Part shown: one piece after another, positions 12,001 through 24,268 of the stretch | Position numbering within the stretch: position 1 is the stretch's first letter | Layout: each line of letters starts with the position of its first letter | Assembly: GCA_022813865.1 (NCBI GenBank) | Contig: JALDZX010000038.1 | Coordinates: 62,001-126,000, forward strand | Origin: Xylographa opegraphella | Taxonomy: Eukaryota | Length of the DNA: 64,000 bases | Direction: 5' to 3' | Position numbers and translations under genes: made by a program | The notes under the pieces: generated by a model | Told to the model about the DNA's origin: nothing | The model's database searches: none | What the model saw: only the letters and a program-made list of their open reading frames with translations

Positions 12001-12943
12001 GCGTTCAAGAGGTTTCGATCGCCTGGCTCCACCAAACCTCGACACCAGATCAGCCTCGCGATCTCTCTCACCAGCGCTCATAAGATTGGGTACACGCGAA
12101 ACGGTGACGACAGATGAATCACGTCAACCAAGCAATACACCTTCGGAATCTTCACGTTATCCTTCGAGACACCGATTCTCTGATATTTTGGGTCTCCCAG
12201 GCAAAATAGGTCGAGAGGGCCCACCAGTGACTGGTTTAGCGAGCCTCGATGATAGGCCGCATCGCTCACCAGAGCGACTCGAAGCTGAGGGACATTCAAG
12301 ATGGAGTATCGCTGACCGTGGCGGTTCTGCTGTCTACGAGACTGTTACGCAACATGACATCACACGTGTACGTGCACTTCTGTTGTCTTCTGGTGTCAAA
12401 GCCAATGAGATCGTCCGCCGCTTTCATGAAGTCCCGAAGGAACCATCGAAGCTCTGGTACCAGCTCGAGGCGATTTCCAAGACAGAACTTTCGCGGGTAC
12501 CTCGATTCAAAGAACCTGTGTTTGCGACGCGCCTCCTCACAAGTATAATCGATGAAAACAACCTCCACCTCCGTGAAGCTGCGGATCGATTTTCCCAAAA
12601 AACCATAGATTCATTCCACGAGCAACTAAAGTCCTTGGAATCCCGGATTTCCAACGATCTGACACCACTGGTTCGTGCTGCGGCTGACGATGCGGACGCC
12701 TTGAGCACGGAACTTTCCAGCTCGTACCGTTTGAACGTCAAGAGACTCAAGGACAGCATCGATCAAATCCTGCGGCGAAAGCGTCGGCATTTTCGGTGGG
12801 TTCGGAACGGTGGATACTTGCTGTTAGAGTGGCTCTTGTTGGGGGTGATGTGGGGCGTGTGGTTTGTGGTGGTCATCGTACGGTTAGTACTTGGTGCTGT
12901 GGGAGGCTTGTGGCGCTTTGGCCGGTGGTTGGTCTGGCTCTGA
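9062..12943 (+). CDS. Large Ser/Arg-rich protein with a C-terminal TM segment, Mtc4-like (maintenance of telomere capping 4 family)
   Basis: Single ORF of about 1290 aa from the first ATG. Conserved blocks GRQYNPLQYIRNR and RVRALLLSSGVKANEI, coiled coil, and hydrophobic C-terminus YLLLEWLLLGVMWGVWFVVV. The family assignment is from recalled motif only. Confidence 0.7.
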   Translation: MSELSRGQTSRSTLSTSPEATASASASSSRTNGESSRTSSGTPPTVLDPSLSRATRLPPDPTSKISDSSPPAGDEVPEELSRRKHRSKNSGGFLVRVMPADGIQDGAARGAIHNASTHKGKAKADGSELRLRKGKTRQSGHRPRASIGNSPLSREVTNAPPQEDHRTHGTTSTHKDWHHESDPSSDNKSPAQNETARVDLPGLLGIDTDPAQIVNLALNLSENRRRHVSMSRLSPIDSLSSNRRIVSTGQLGLNNPHSPVMGSTGGSLRYLLQKQRGTRNISPRLSQFERAVHNPPILPPPENADFIDPTNVPDFGIHVVDQLSFNPSDATLLRAERAKTALELSYEYRRLLQYLPRLPLHQKSRPGTGKVIPNTPSDLSTILGRQYNPLQYIRNRIVRGRERQTFDAEAEGWKDVDQVRDWIDLIAEQRKDCFSPMDREIYPLPVFEPAQNQLAEVTPSPSSSVRRPNAVPVRRLPHTRPVWITTPWDLLADAYWTETDDHKNLIEDRSGQKIYPCLTSEPVQGLRTSQDVSQIPSRRSASVPRSSRSPKKSKISVDPYDVSTKERGRRLHRLRDSITSFHEYSSSQDRKSKWSRKLVRSQSSSSSETSLQGSLTRQSHLHDHGESRDRQDSAVLERQVMDMLAKEAKNKDWETYDMKHQFQTQAGKDNERELQSEESPGPVSRHVETQQASQKSDRKTRNGLPHGKFHTDDEQLQGSEARISQEGFDTTVPSSPNDKGVVPSIAINLSPPPPRSSSPRKPLPFQHSPLKFGHGKDKQEKFRKDLAATVTSPTFSELVKKAHPDPEIESAATASDGFLSPKTADGSGKILRHQRSDSKSLRFDKEHKDPDTKIRSLLKGGSRLAGLVGHPVSKVGDLLWRKDGSNHPSSPVTSYASDVSDTEEEYLSGDANNIRLTRSVNDLPDNPGEAANGGVPKFHISNLPSFTPQAKREDDDEALHLREYESDHIGRQQRLARERGRSRGFDRLAPPNLDTRSASRSLSPALIRLGTRETVTTDESRQPSNTPSESSRYPSRHRFSDILGLPGKIGREGPPVTGLASLDDRPHRSPERLEAEGHSRWSIADRGGSAVYETVTQHDITRVRALLLSSGVKANEIVRRFHEVPKEPSKLWYQLEAISKTELSRVPRFKEPVFATRLLTSIIDENNLHLREAADRFSQKTIDSFHEQLKSLESRISNDLTPLVRAAADDADALSTELSSSYRLNVKRLKDSIDQILRRKRRHFRWVRNGGYLLLEWLLLGVMWGVWFVVVIVRLVLGAVGGLWRFGRWLVWL

Positions 12944-13403
12944 GGCAATGAGCTTGCTTAGCATATAACGGAAGAACTGCGGGTCCTCTTTTCTGTCGAG
13001 CGATTTAGCGAACGCGACGAGGCATTTAGGAACATAAACAGTTCTTGGCATGACGCACGGTGTGTATAATCGGTGGAAAGCAAGGAGTGCGTGCGATCTC
13101 AAGCGAGCATGTTCGCAGTGAGCAGAGCCGCGAGATGTTGAAAGCGTTATGACATGAAGCTATTGATTCGCAATTTGTTGTTTTGCTTTATCATTGGTCA
13201 GGTATTCTTGAAACCCCTCCCATATCGATTCGTATTTCGTAGTTTAGACCCTCCGGCATTCCGGCGGTAGCGATGTTCCCTATATGACACTGTTAGGGAC
13301 GTGATCGGTCGATAGGCTGTATGCCAGCACGTTCGTCGTGTGTTTTTGACAGTCGAGACAGTCAAGACTATCAAATCCGTCGCTTACCTTAACTAGAGAC
13401 GTA

Positions 13404-13852
13404 CCCTCTCGGGGGGAAAAAAAAGCGAGACGTACTAACCACATTAGAACACAATAATAACACAAACGCGTTGTCTTTATTATTCTATAACCATTATAAT
13501 TACCTCCCAATGACTTTATGTCAATACTCTAATACACCCATAAGGGCACGGGTTCTTGCCCTAATTGATAATAACAAAAATGCCCTTTTCTACGTTCCAA
13601 AACATCCCTTTTTCGCGAGGCCGGGGTTTCCAGAGATTCAGGATATCGCATGCTTAAATCATGCAGTCCGCGCACATTTAATTATCAGGAACCAGAAACA
13701 TTAATAAAAAGATTCTAGAATAGCCTAAACATCTTCAAAATATAATAACTAGAGGGTATATGGGCAGATAATATGTAAATAATCGATATTGCGTTGCTGG
13801 ATTAGTGTTCTAATGTGGTTAGTACGTCTCGCTTTTTTTTTCCTCCGCGAGG
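13404..13852. mobile_element. Non-autonomous Tc1/mariner-like element (MITE / internally deleted DNA transposon)
   Basis: TIRs of about 48 bp (13404-13452 and 13805-13852) with a 36-bp perfect core AAAAAAAAGCGAGACGTACTAACCACATTAGAACAC. TA flanks both ends (13402-3, 13853-4). The interior is AT/TpA-rich with transposase-like terminal peptides. Confidence 0.9.
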
Positions 13853-13933
13853 TATCCTAAAGTGCAGGGATCCTGGCACTCAAAGCCCTAGAAATCTTGG
13901 CATTGATCTCGGGCGCTAGCGTATCGATAACAT

Positions 13934-13944
13934 TGAAACTTTTT
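13934..13944 (+). promoter_or_regulatory. RRPE-like element upstream of a ribosome-biogenesis gene
   Basis: TGAAACTTTTT resembles the RRPE consensus TGAAAAWTTTT and lies about 60 bp before the NOP7 ATG. Short motif, could be chance. Confidence 0.3.
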
Positions 13945-14002
13945 GGGACGAGCTTCGCAGACGAGTTTGCTAATCACCATAGCAAGTTACTGCTTCAACA
14001 CG

Positions 14003-16247
14003 ATGGGTAGGATTAAGAAGAAAGGTACGTAGACGCATTGGAGGAAGCACGTCGAAGACAGTGGTTTTAACGTATTTGTAATAGGCACTTCTGGCCAGGC
14101 CAAGAATTTCATTACCAGGACTCAAGCTGTGCGCAAACTCCAGATCTCGCTCCCCGACTTCCGACGCCTGTGTATATTCAAGGGTCAGCTCTGTCCAACT
14201 TATCGTATGCACTGCAGCTTCTGACTTCTCCATAGGCATCTACCCACGGGAACCGCGCAACAAAAAGAAAGCGTCGAAATCCTCTACCCAATCTACCACG
14301 TTCTACTACACCAAGGACATCCAGTACCTGCTCCATGAGCCTCTCCTCAGCAAGTTTCGTGACCACAAGGCGCTGTCTAAGAAGATTGCTCGATCCTTAG
14401 GTAGAGGAGAAGTGGGCGATGCGGCACGGTTGGAGAGGAATGGCGCGACCAGGATCTCGCTCGACCACATCATAAAGGAGCGCTATCCGACCTTCGTTGA
14501 CGCACTTCGGGATCTCGACGATGCATTGTCGTTGCTATTCCTTTTCGCCAATCTCCCTTCGACGTCCACTGTACCACCCAAAACTATTGCTCTATGTCAG
14601 CGGTTGTGTCTTGAATTCGAACATTACCTGATAACAAGTCACTCACTGCGGAAATCTTTTCTCTCCATTAAAGGAATCTACTACCAGGCCACTATTCAAA
14701 GCCAAGATATCTTATGGCTAGTTCCTTACAAGTTCGTTCAGCGTGTTACCGGGGACGTCGATTTCAGAATAATGGGCACTTTTGTCGAGTTTTACACCAC
14801 TTTGCTCGGCTTTGTAAATTATCGTCTCTACACTTCGATAGGTCTTGTATATCCCCCGAAATTCAATTCGAAGAGTGATGAACGAGGCGGGGAACTCGGG
14901 GCATTTACGTTAGAAGGGAAGGCTGTTGGTGGATCAATGGAACTCGAGACACAGCAAGCTCCGGCGAATGGAGTTGTGATTTCTGAAGGCACGCTCGAGG
15001 TTAGCGCGGACATACAAAAAAAAGTTGATGCCATCGAGCTGGGGGAGTCTAAACCCGAGGACGGCCTTGAGGACGAAGTAGCTGTCGAAGATGTCAACAA
15101 TGCGATTGACACATTCGAAACCACAGGTGAGGGTGCCGATATTCTGCCTCAACCACAAATCAGTGGTGTTGATGCTGGGAGCCTATTCGCTCCGTTCACA
15201 TTTTTCCTCTCGAGAGAGACTCCTCGACAACCTCTTGAATTTATCCTTCGTGCTTTTGGCTGTAAACGCGTTGGCTGGGATGCTGTCTTGGGTGATGGAG
15301 CATTCACTCACAATGAGAGCGATCCAGCCATTACCCATCAGGTCGTTGACCGCCCACCTCTACCAGTTTCAGCTCTCCCAGAACCAGTACCGACTACAGA
15401 TGTTGATACAGTCCCAGCCGACTCTCAAGCCCTAACGTCGGGAAGTCGAGTACCGGGTCGAACCTACGTTCAACCACAATGGGTATGGGACTGTATCAAC
15501 GAGGGGACCCTTCTACGACCAGACCTCTATGCGCCCGGTGCTACACTTCCCCCGCATCTCAGCCCATGGGTCAGGCCTTCGAAAGGCACTTACGACCCCA
15601 CAGCACCGTTGGAAGCGCAAGAACGGGAAGGCGAAGCGGAAGAGGCCGCCGAGGAGGAAGCCGAGCTCGAAGAGCTTGCAAATGCCGAAGGACCTGACTC
15701 GGATATGGAAGATGAAATTCCAGGCATCGAAGCCATCGAAGAGTTGGGCGCTCTCCCTGGCCAGCAGCCGATTGTTTCCGATGACGACTCGATCTCGGAC
15801 AATGGCATGCACGTCGCTGGATCTGACGACGAGTCGGAGTCAGAAGCCCACAGCAACGACGACTTTGGTGGCTTCGACGACGACAATGCAGCCGACTCCC
15901 CGGACGAGGCCGAGACCGCGCGTTCGCGTCACCAGGCCGAACTCGAAGCTGAAGCTGCTGGGCTCACGTACTCGGAAGCTCATGCCGTCGTTGATTCGGA
16001 TCACCTCCATCCGGCTACGAAAAAGCTGAAAAGTATATTGAAAGCCCCGCGGAAGGGCGACGAGGTTCGTCGCAAGGCGGCGAAGAAGAGAGCAGAGGAG
16101 GAGGAGGAGCTGCAGCGAAGGATGGGCATGATGGGGCGCAAAAAGCGGAAGGTGATGGAGCGCATGATGCATGGGGTGAAGAAGGGAGAGACGGAGGCGG
16201 AGAGGTTACGGGCTAAGAGAAGACGGATCGAGAAAGGTGCAGTTTGA
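14003..16247 (+). CDS. NOP7: Pescadillo / Nop7, 60S biogenesis factor (BRCT domain)
   Basis: Three exons: [97 protein letters not shown], then acidic and basic C-terminal tracts. Confidence 0.97.
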
Positions 16248-16511
16248 GAACGATGAGCTGGTGCGCTGTTCACTTGTATGAGTGGCCATGAATCACAAGA
16301 GGGCAAAAGTTCTCATTTGGCATATCTGTGCTGGTTGAATAGCACCATTGTGTGCTGCTATACTATACTCCAAAGCTGAGATGAAGTCAAGTCTATGGGT
16401 ATCGTAGAAAGAATCGCTTGAACGGTAGAACGACGGGAATTTCTGAACATCATTCCTTCCTTCCCCTTTCGAAACATCATCGCCTGCCGTTTTATGTTTG
16501 CAACACCCCAT

Positions 16512-18303
16512 CTAATCCTCCGCAGCCAAAACCTCCAAGACACCACCAACGAGATGGACACTCCCAGTCACCAGAACCTTGATGTGCCCCTCTGCAATAG
16601 GACCACCGCGCTGTGCATCCCCTCCCATCCATGTCCCAGCGATGAGCCTCGCCTTCTCAACGGCATCTTCAATCGTTCGGACCACGAACACTTCGCTGCT
16701 CTGCCCGTCTATACTCTCCCATCCCTGCGCGAGCTCTTTCTGCACACGCAGGTCCGCGAGCTCCTCTTCACTGACATTGATACTTACCAGATCGGGCCGG
16801 AAGCCAGAGTCGGCGAAGGTGACGTTGGAGCAGACGATGACGTGCGAGAAGGGGTGGCCGTGCTGGAGTTGATTGCTGAGGAGGGTGTGCAAGGTTCTCA
16901 GAAGGGGCAAGCCGGCTCGCGTTTGTTGGTTGAAGAGGAGGATGCGAGGTGGTGAAGCTTTGGCGGCCGCTGAGGTTGAGAGAGCGCTCTCTTTGGACGA
17001 GTTTACCGGAGGGGAAATATGCGAAGCAAGCACGCATTTTGCATACCACTCTCCGGCCACGGTGATGCTCTCCAGCGTGTGGCCTCCGTCGAGGTGCCAA
17101 CCGATCGGGCCTTCGAGGCGCGTCTCGCATCTTCCTCCCCACTTGACCTGCTCTAATCCCTTCACGAACTCCTCAGGGAGCTTGTCTTTCACATTCAGTC
17201 CTTTATAACCCAGGACTCTCAGATGCTCGGCCGCAATTTCAATTGCTAGACTAGCGTTGGTCTTCTGGAAATCCGCGGCGAGTCCCAGCGCAACCTCTCC
17301 AGATACTATCTCCGGGTGCCGCTCAGCTACAAGCCTGAGCTCTGATCCCCTCTTCGTTGCCCGTTCCCGCAGCACTGCCATTGCGGGCTCTGGCTGTTGG
17401 ACGGTGTAGCACACAGTATTTTGCTTCATGATCCCTGCTTTATGCCATGCAATCTCTTCGATCGTTTTCCCCAAGACGATCGTATGGTCGATCCCTAAGT
17501 TCGTTATACCCGTAAACGTTGGCCGTACAAGAATATTTGTGCTATCGTACTCGCCGCCAATGCCACACTCTATCACCGCAGTGTCCACCCCCTCGCTCAT
17601 ATACGTATGCAGCGCCATGAGCGTCAAGAAGCGGAAGTAAACCGGCTTCGCACATGGATTCGTTGGCTCCCCTGCTGCCGCCGCGGAGGCTTCGAGCCGG
17701 TCCCACGTCTGGAAGAAATAGGACGCAAACGCGGCCTCGGAGAGCGGTGCATTGTCGATTTGAATACGTTCGCGCACGAAGCGCAGGTGCGGGGAGGTGT
17801 ACAAGCCAATTTTGTGGAGCTTGCCCAGACGACCAACCTCGGCAAGCGAGGGGAGGTATTGGGCGAGGATGGAAGAGATGAAAGCACTGGTCGAGCCTTT
17901 GCCTTTCGTGCCGGCAATGTGAATGGCGTTCAAGCGATTGAAATCAGAGGGCTACAAATAGATTGGAAACGTGAGATCCAGCTTGAACGCGGTTGGCCAG
18001 AGCAGAAAAGAGTTGGGCACACCTCATACCCTATTTTACGGCACCATTCGATCATCTCTGAGATGGCTTGCGTGTTCATTTTCCCTCCCGATAAGCGTAT
18101 TGCATTGACCACCGAAGCATTCGACTGCAGCGAGTTGAGCGCCCTGACGGCATCCTGTACACGTCAATGTGTGGTTCCTGTCTACATAGCGGTCGATGGG
18201 GCAATACGCTGTATGTCCGATCCATGTTGGTGGAAGGATGGAAGTGACGAGGGTAACCAGCGATCCTCAGGAGAGATGGAGGTCTCCATAATAATGTACG
18301 CAT
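16512..18303 (-). CDS. MET7: Folylpolyglutamate synthase
   Basis: Three exons. MDRTYSDAVRALNSLQSN, IHIAGTKGKGST, GLYTSPHL, ECGIGGEYDSTN, IAWHKAGI, LDGGHT, VLVTGSVHLVGG. The upstream Met adds a presequence-like extension. Confidence 0.95.
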
Positions 18304-18826
18304 GTGGGACGTCAAATCATATTTTGCAGCTTACGCCTGTGGTGTAAGATGGCAAAAGGTGAACCTAAAAATTCAGCGCTTGGGCGATCCCTGCAGATGC
18401 CCTTTCCTGCTGCACTTTTGATCATTGTACCCAGGTCTGCCTGCTGTTGGACAAACGAGAGGAGTCTATAACGTCGAGGCTCTCGAGCTGGACTAAGTAC
18501 TATTATAATTGTTTCCGATGTCACAAAGGTATAATAGAGAAATGTTCCAGACTGAAACCACGTGCTAAAATATTCTCTGCAAGTTATCGAGACGGATCTT
18601 CCGCAGAACTTCAGACCTCTTATTAAATAGTACTAAGCAGGCGCAACACACAATCATGATCAGAAAGGCCTTGAATGAACGCCGTTGGCCCAACATATCC
18701 GACCGTATGCCATGATGAAAGAGGCGAACCCACCACCGACGGACTCTCGCCACGAAATATCGATCAGCCACGCAGCTCTAAAAGTCGATTGAAATGAACA
18801 CGCAAACCCCTCCGGTCGAATAAAGC

Positions 18827-19709
18827 CTAACAGCTACAAGCACCAGCGCCCTGGGTTCCCGGCGCTTCTGGTCTCAAATCAACCCCTTGGCGCGGGTTGG
18901 ACCTCAAGTTTCGAGCTCCAGCCTGTTCCAGCGGCAGCTTTCGGGCAATAGCTGTGAAAAGCTCCCGGACATTCTCTGAAGTCTTCGCTGAAGTCTCGAA
19001 GAATAAAAGTCCGGCCTCCCTTGCATAGGCTTCCGCGTCTGTAGCCGTAATCGCACGTTTGTCTGGATGCTCGGTAACCAGATCCAACTTATTTCCAGCA
19101 AGAGCAATGATGATGTTCTCGTTTGCTTGCCTCTGTAATTCCTTGACCCAGGCTTTTGCTTTGTCTAAGGATGACTGTTTCTGTCAGCCTCTATGGCCAG
19201 CCAGTAAGACGGCTACACTTACCGCTTGGGTGATGTCGTAGACAACAACAGCACAGTTGGCATTCCGATAGTACATCGGAGCAAGCGACTTGTATCTCTC
19301 TTGGCCCGCCGTATCCCATATCTCGAACTTGACCGTTGTGCTGTCGTCTAAGGCGATGGTCTGAGTAAGGAAAGCGGCTCCGATGGTTGATTCCCGATAA
19401 TCATCGAATTGATCCTAATAACACTCTTCAGCAGAGCTCAACATAGACATGATAGACGAAAGTCCGGGATCCTCACTTTAACAAAGCGTAGGACTAACGA
19501 ACTCTGGCAAGTGCAAGTCAGTCGTAAGCCCCCAGTGACGACGCATAAGAAGCTATCAAACCTTCCCTACAGCTGACTCGCCTATAGATTACGTTAGATT
19601 TCATGTCGTCGGTCTCAAAGAAGCAGCGCCATGACTTGCCCAACAGAACTAGCTTGAACTGAGCAAATCGGGCTCCGGGTCTAGCGCCTGTCGATGCCCT
19701 TGACGACAT
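18827..19709 (-). CDS. Rab5-family endosomal GTPase (Ypt5/Ypt52/Vps21 group)
   Basis: Five exons give [68 protein letters not shown] and a C-terminal CSC prenylation motif. Confidence 0.95.
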
Positions 19710-20297
19710 GGTGGGATCGGACCGGATTCAAAAGGACTTTGGGAATGTATTTTATAGTTAAGGACGGGCACTGATATGAGAAGAACTGGCGTAGATGGGA
19801 TTTGAGTAGAAGCTTGAACAATCAGCAATGGCCGCTCAGTCGTCACGCTCAATATGGAAGAGGAACTAGCGGCTCGGAGCTGGCCTCGGGCCGAAACGTC
19901 ACGGAGGCACTTGGCATAAAATGCCGGCGTTACTGGGCACAATTCCATGATGACGAAGCACCCAGTCGTCAGCGTGTCCTATAAGTTGCCCGATACTTAC
20001 GGATTGTTAGGCAGATGAGTTGATCATCTTGGAGCGGGCCTATTTTACATGGCTGTTTTGATTCTAAAACAAATGTTGTCACCTCCTCCCGAGCATTCCG
20101 TGAGCGGTTTCACTGGACGATATATCGATAGTCATGCCCGATGTCTCGCTTTGGTGAATTTGAAGACTATATACTAGATACGTGAAGCGATACGGATACC
20201 CAGTTCTACTTTAGGTCCATAGAGTTTACCCAGCTGACGCAAGGAGATTTGATGCTTTCTTGACTGATACAATACCCCCATGCAAGCTGTACATCCT

Positions 20298-21666
20298 TCA
20301 CAAGTTGAACAATTCGAACACGGCCTTACTGACGGAGCCGTATGTCATAAGTCGATTGTGTCCTGGGAATCAATCAGTGATGACTACCACGAGGTTTGTT
20401 GGAAAGCAGCTTACCGCCACGTCTGAGGATGATTTGCTGGATTCTCTTGAGCCCAGATTGGTTGTCTGCAGCAGACCAGACGTTTGTCCATCCTTGAGCA
20501 CCAAGGTCGATGTGCTGCTTGACACCATCTATCTGCTTGGAACTCATCCCGTGCTTACTGGTAGCATTCGCTGCGGCGTGAAACAAGGTGTTCGAATGAG
20601 TCCACGGAATGTCACGGTCATTCTTGGCATGTATCAGTATCAAATCTAGCTTCCGGCTATGGCGTACCATGTTGGCAAGCCGATCGCGTGTTCTCCATGT
20701 ATCTTTGATCTTCGAGGAGAAGAATTGCTGAGCCCTAGGAAACATACGTAGTGGAGACAGGAATGGGACCACACCACCCGCGGCATAGGTTAGTATGAGG
20801 GTAGACAGATCTGAAAATGCTGCAATGAGAGCGATTCCTGCAAATTCCATGTGGCGATGTACAACGAAGTGTTCCGCAACGGCTGTAGCCACAGCGGTGC
20901 CCAAGCTCTGCCCAATTATGATAATCCTTTCAGGCGGGATATTGGCAACTTCAAGTGCCCAATTGACGAGAGTAGTCCCATCTATAATCAAACCTGCTTC
21001 TGTTGGACTGCCGGTTGAGTAGCCAAAGCCCCGGTAATCCACTGTTAGAACGTGCACTTTGTCTGCGGCAGCAGCCGCTAATGCTCGATATGTATCGGTA
21101 CGCCACCCCTGAGAAACGCTTCCGGCATTTCCATGAACTGTCCAGTCTTAGCTACTCCGGCACAACATGTAGGGACAGTACGACTTACAACTGATCACAA
21201 GCCGACTTTCCGGGTCGTCCCTAAGCAGCCGCACTGCGTTGCTGTTGGAAGCGTCACTGGCTAATTCAGAAGGCTCCAGAAGAAGTGCTTTCTGGTGCTT
21301 CGAGTACAAAGATACAGGAAGGATATGCCAAGCATACAGGACTTCCTCATCAGGAGTTGTCAAATTGAACGCCTGCACTTGGTTCTCTGATTGATATTAG
21401 ACACCCAAAAGAATGCCACGAACATTGAAGATCTACTGAGAAAGCCCCACTGCTCTGGCTCGTTCAGGTCCTGCCACCATACAGTATTGATTTTGTGAGC
21501 ATATAAGGCACTGGCAATGGTTAGTCTTGAGAATAAAGCCCGACTTGCGGTCCACTTACTGTCGCTGTACGTTCTCGTTGACCAGCAATAATAGCAATGA
21601 AACGTATAGAAAAGGAATAGCAGCAATCACGAAAAGTAACTTCTTCAAATTAGTCGCAGAAGGCAT
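20298..21666 (-). CDS. Membrane-anchored alpha/beta hydrolase (ABHD12-like)
   Basis: Five exons. N-terminal TM helix, FHGNAG, VDYRGFGYSTGSPTEAGL, nucleophile elbow GQSLG, LIHAKND and GGHN. Confidence 0.88.
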
Positions 21667-21944
21667 TCTCGCGGTTCGAATTTGCCAGAGGCTAAACTCC
21701 TTCATGGCGAAGGGTCTGTAGTGAGAAGAACATTGAGTTTATTCGGCAGACATAAAACAAAAACTAAACATATTAACAACTTGTACATTCGGAGGTAGGA
21801 ATGAAAGTTTGTTGCAAAAATCTTCGATGCCAAGAGCGTCGAAGCCACATCCATCCTTGGCCGATCAATTATTATTATAAGAACGGTGTATTTATTATTA
21901 CCAAAGCTAGTTGTGAGGCGTATATGTGCCAGGATTAGACTAAG

Positions 21945-23644
21945 ATGTCGGAGCGACGGAAGCCATCGACCAGATATCGGGGAGAACCGCCACCCAAGCG
22001 ACGTCTCTCAACATCCCCTTCGCCGACGAAAATAAGAGCCGTATCTCCAGTAGTTGAACCAGATGAAGTAATACCAAGCAAACTGAGAGGCGGTCAGCCT
22101 CTACCTACGTCTACCAAGCCGCCGGACATAGTGCTGCCTCGGAGGCAATTTCAGGATATTCGTGAAAGGTGAGCATGTCTGATCTAGACTAATCCAGATC
22201 AGTGATTTACACATAATACTCAAAACCTGTTAGTGGAGTCCTTGCGTCCTCAGTTGAGCGATCGCGCCATCAATGGCTTGTGGAAGGGATTTTCGAACGC
22301 TACTGGATGAAGCCATCCAAGAAACGGAGTCAAGAGTTTGCCAACCCATCGAAGGAGTCTATGATCAAGCTCGGGTCATGTTTGATGATCGTGGAGCCGC
22401 ATGTATTCGAAGTGACGCTCTACAGTATAAAGGACAGCCAGGTTACATTTCTTCCTCCACTTGGTCAGCCACAGCTTCCTATATCTGGTCCTGCCATACC
22501 ATATCAAGGGTCATCTGCTGGCACAGTAGGACCTGTTTCGCAACCAACAGCACTGCCGCTTAATCAGATGCCCTACCAATCCCCGTCACAGCATACAGGA
22601 CAGTCCTCACAGCCAAGCCTACCACCTTTTCACGAAGGCTTCGCCCAATTTGTCCCTCAAGGACCATTATCAACACCCCCCGTTCATTCTCTTACCTCGA
22701 CACGAGTTCCATCGGTAGCTGTACCCGTTAGATCGCCGTCTTTGAATGGGACTACGACTACCTCGACCAAAGATTCCAACCATAATTCTGATCCAGTCAT
22801 CCAGATGTTAGCGGCTCGTGCTGCCACAGATCATGACTTGAAGAGTTTGATGAAGGTGGTCGCGCAAGGCAGTGCTTCTCCGGACCAATTGAAGATCTTC
22901 CAAAGGCATATTGATGAGCTGAAAGGCATAATAGAAGCTCAGAAGGATACAAGCAAAGCCGAAACGACATCAGTAGGCAAGCCGTCCGGTGCTGAAATCA
23001 TACCATCCATTCCCGTTGATAGTTCATCCACGGAACAGGCAATGTCTGTTCAAACTGATGTCTCTCAAACTCTGAACGCATACCCTTCTGTTGGCATCAA
23101 GACAGAGCCATTATCTCAATACTACTCACAACCACCACCGTATCTTAAAGCCAAAGGACCGATTCCTACAAGGCCGGACGTGTGTGCTATAGCATTCGAA
23201 TTCGCTGCTGGCACCGGGGATAGATATCTATTGCCGAAATACAGTATTCTGGAGTATCTCCCCGGTAATACACAGGTTCTAATGTCTTTCCTGGTTACGA
23301 GGAAAGGGAATGCCGCGGCTAGCGGTAAGTATAAGGATACTTTAGAATACTACCAGCCCGTAACCGTACGATTTTCTGCTCAGAACGCGCGGATTCTAGA
23401 GCCTCTGTCGCGCGTCGTGGCGCCTACCGATGAAGTACAGAGATACATGTCTGATATTATGAAGAAGATGACAGCGGCAGAAGAAGTTTACCTTGTGACT
23501 CAACTACCACAAACACACGAGGAGAGTACGGCCGAGCAGGAAGCAACATCTTCAGACTTAGCGTCTGACGTTCGCATGGCTGTGTATCCCCCTCCTGATT
23601 CTCTGTTACCCATTCACTCTGCGAGGAAGAGTTCTCTAGCTTGA
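21945..23644 (+). CDS. SWC3: SWR1-complex subunit Swc3-like protein
   Basis: Two exons (intron about 22169-22233). Blocks GIFERYW.KP, VEPHVFE, DPVIQMLAARAATDHDLKSLMKVVA, GDRYLLPK and YYQPVT recalled from fungal Swc3. Confidence 0.65.
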
Positions 23645-24268
23645 AGTATGGCTCTCCTTGCTTTGTACTGAGTTCACTAGTTATCAGAAGATATCAATGC
23701 GGGTGACGAGCCCAACTAAAGATGCTAAACCTCTGGCAAGGAGGTAGCCCTTGAGTTCCGTTAAAGGAACAAGCTGGCCACTTGGCTATTGAGTTCATGT
23801 TTAAGTCTTTGATGCAATATTAGTGTTACAACTTCATGTCATGGGTTGCCTCGTACTCATAGAATCATAGGCATTACGGCCTGCAATTCTTTCAGAAAAA
23901 TCAACCCCCCCTCCCTCTCCCAATGTCATTATATGATCCCTTATGAAAACTGAAGGGGACTTGCTCTGATAGCTGTATGCTATTCTTTCTCTGCTATTCG
24001 TTCGTTCGCTCCACTAGTTCGGTATATTTTCAGTAAGATTGTCGAAAAATCTGGGCTTGGCTTAAGCTTTCTCACAAAAGTAAGTGGGGAAAGCTACCGT
24101 GAAAGCACCGAAAGTAACAAGCAACGAGCCTTCAATTTGAGTTTTGTCTTTCAATTGTGCCCGTCATAACACTTATGATCCGATGTCTCCTCGCTCTTCA
24201 TACTTGAATGATGGGGGACGAGGCATTCCAATCAATATCGAACCAACTCTCGCACCATCCTTCACTTT

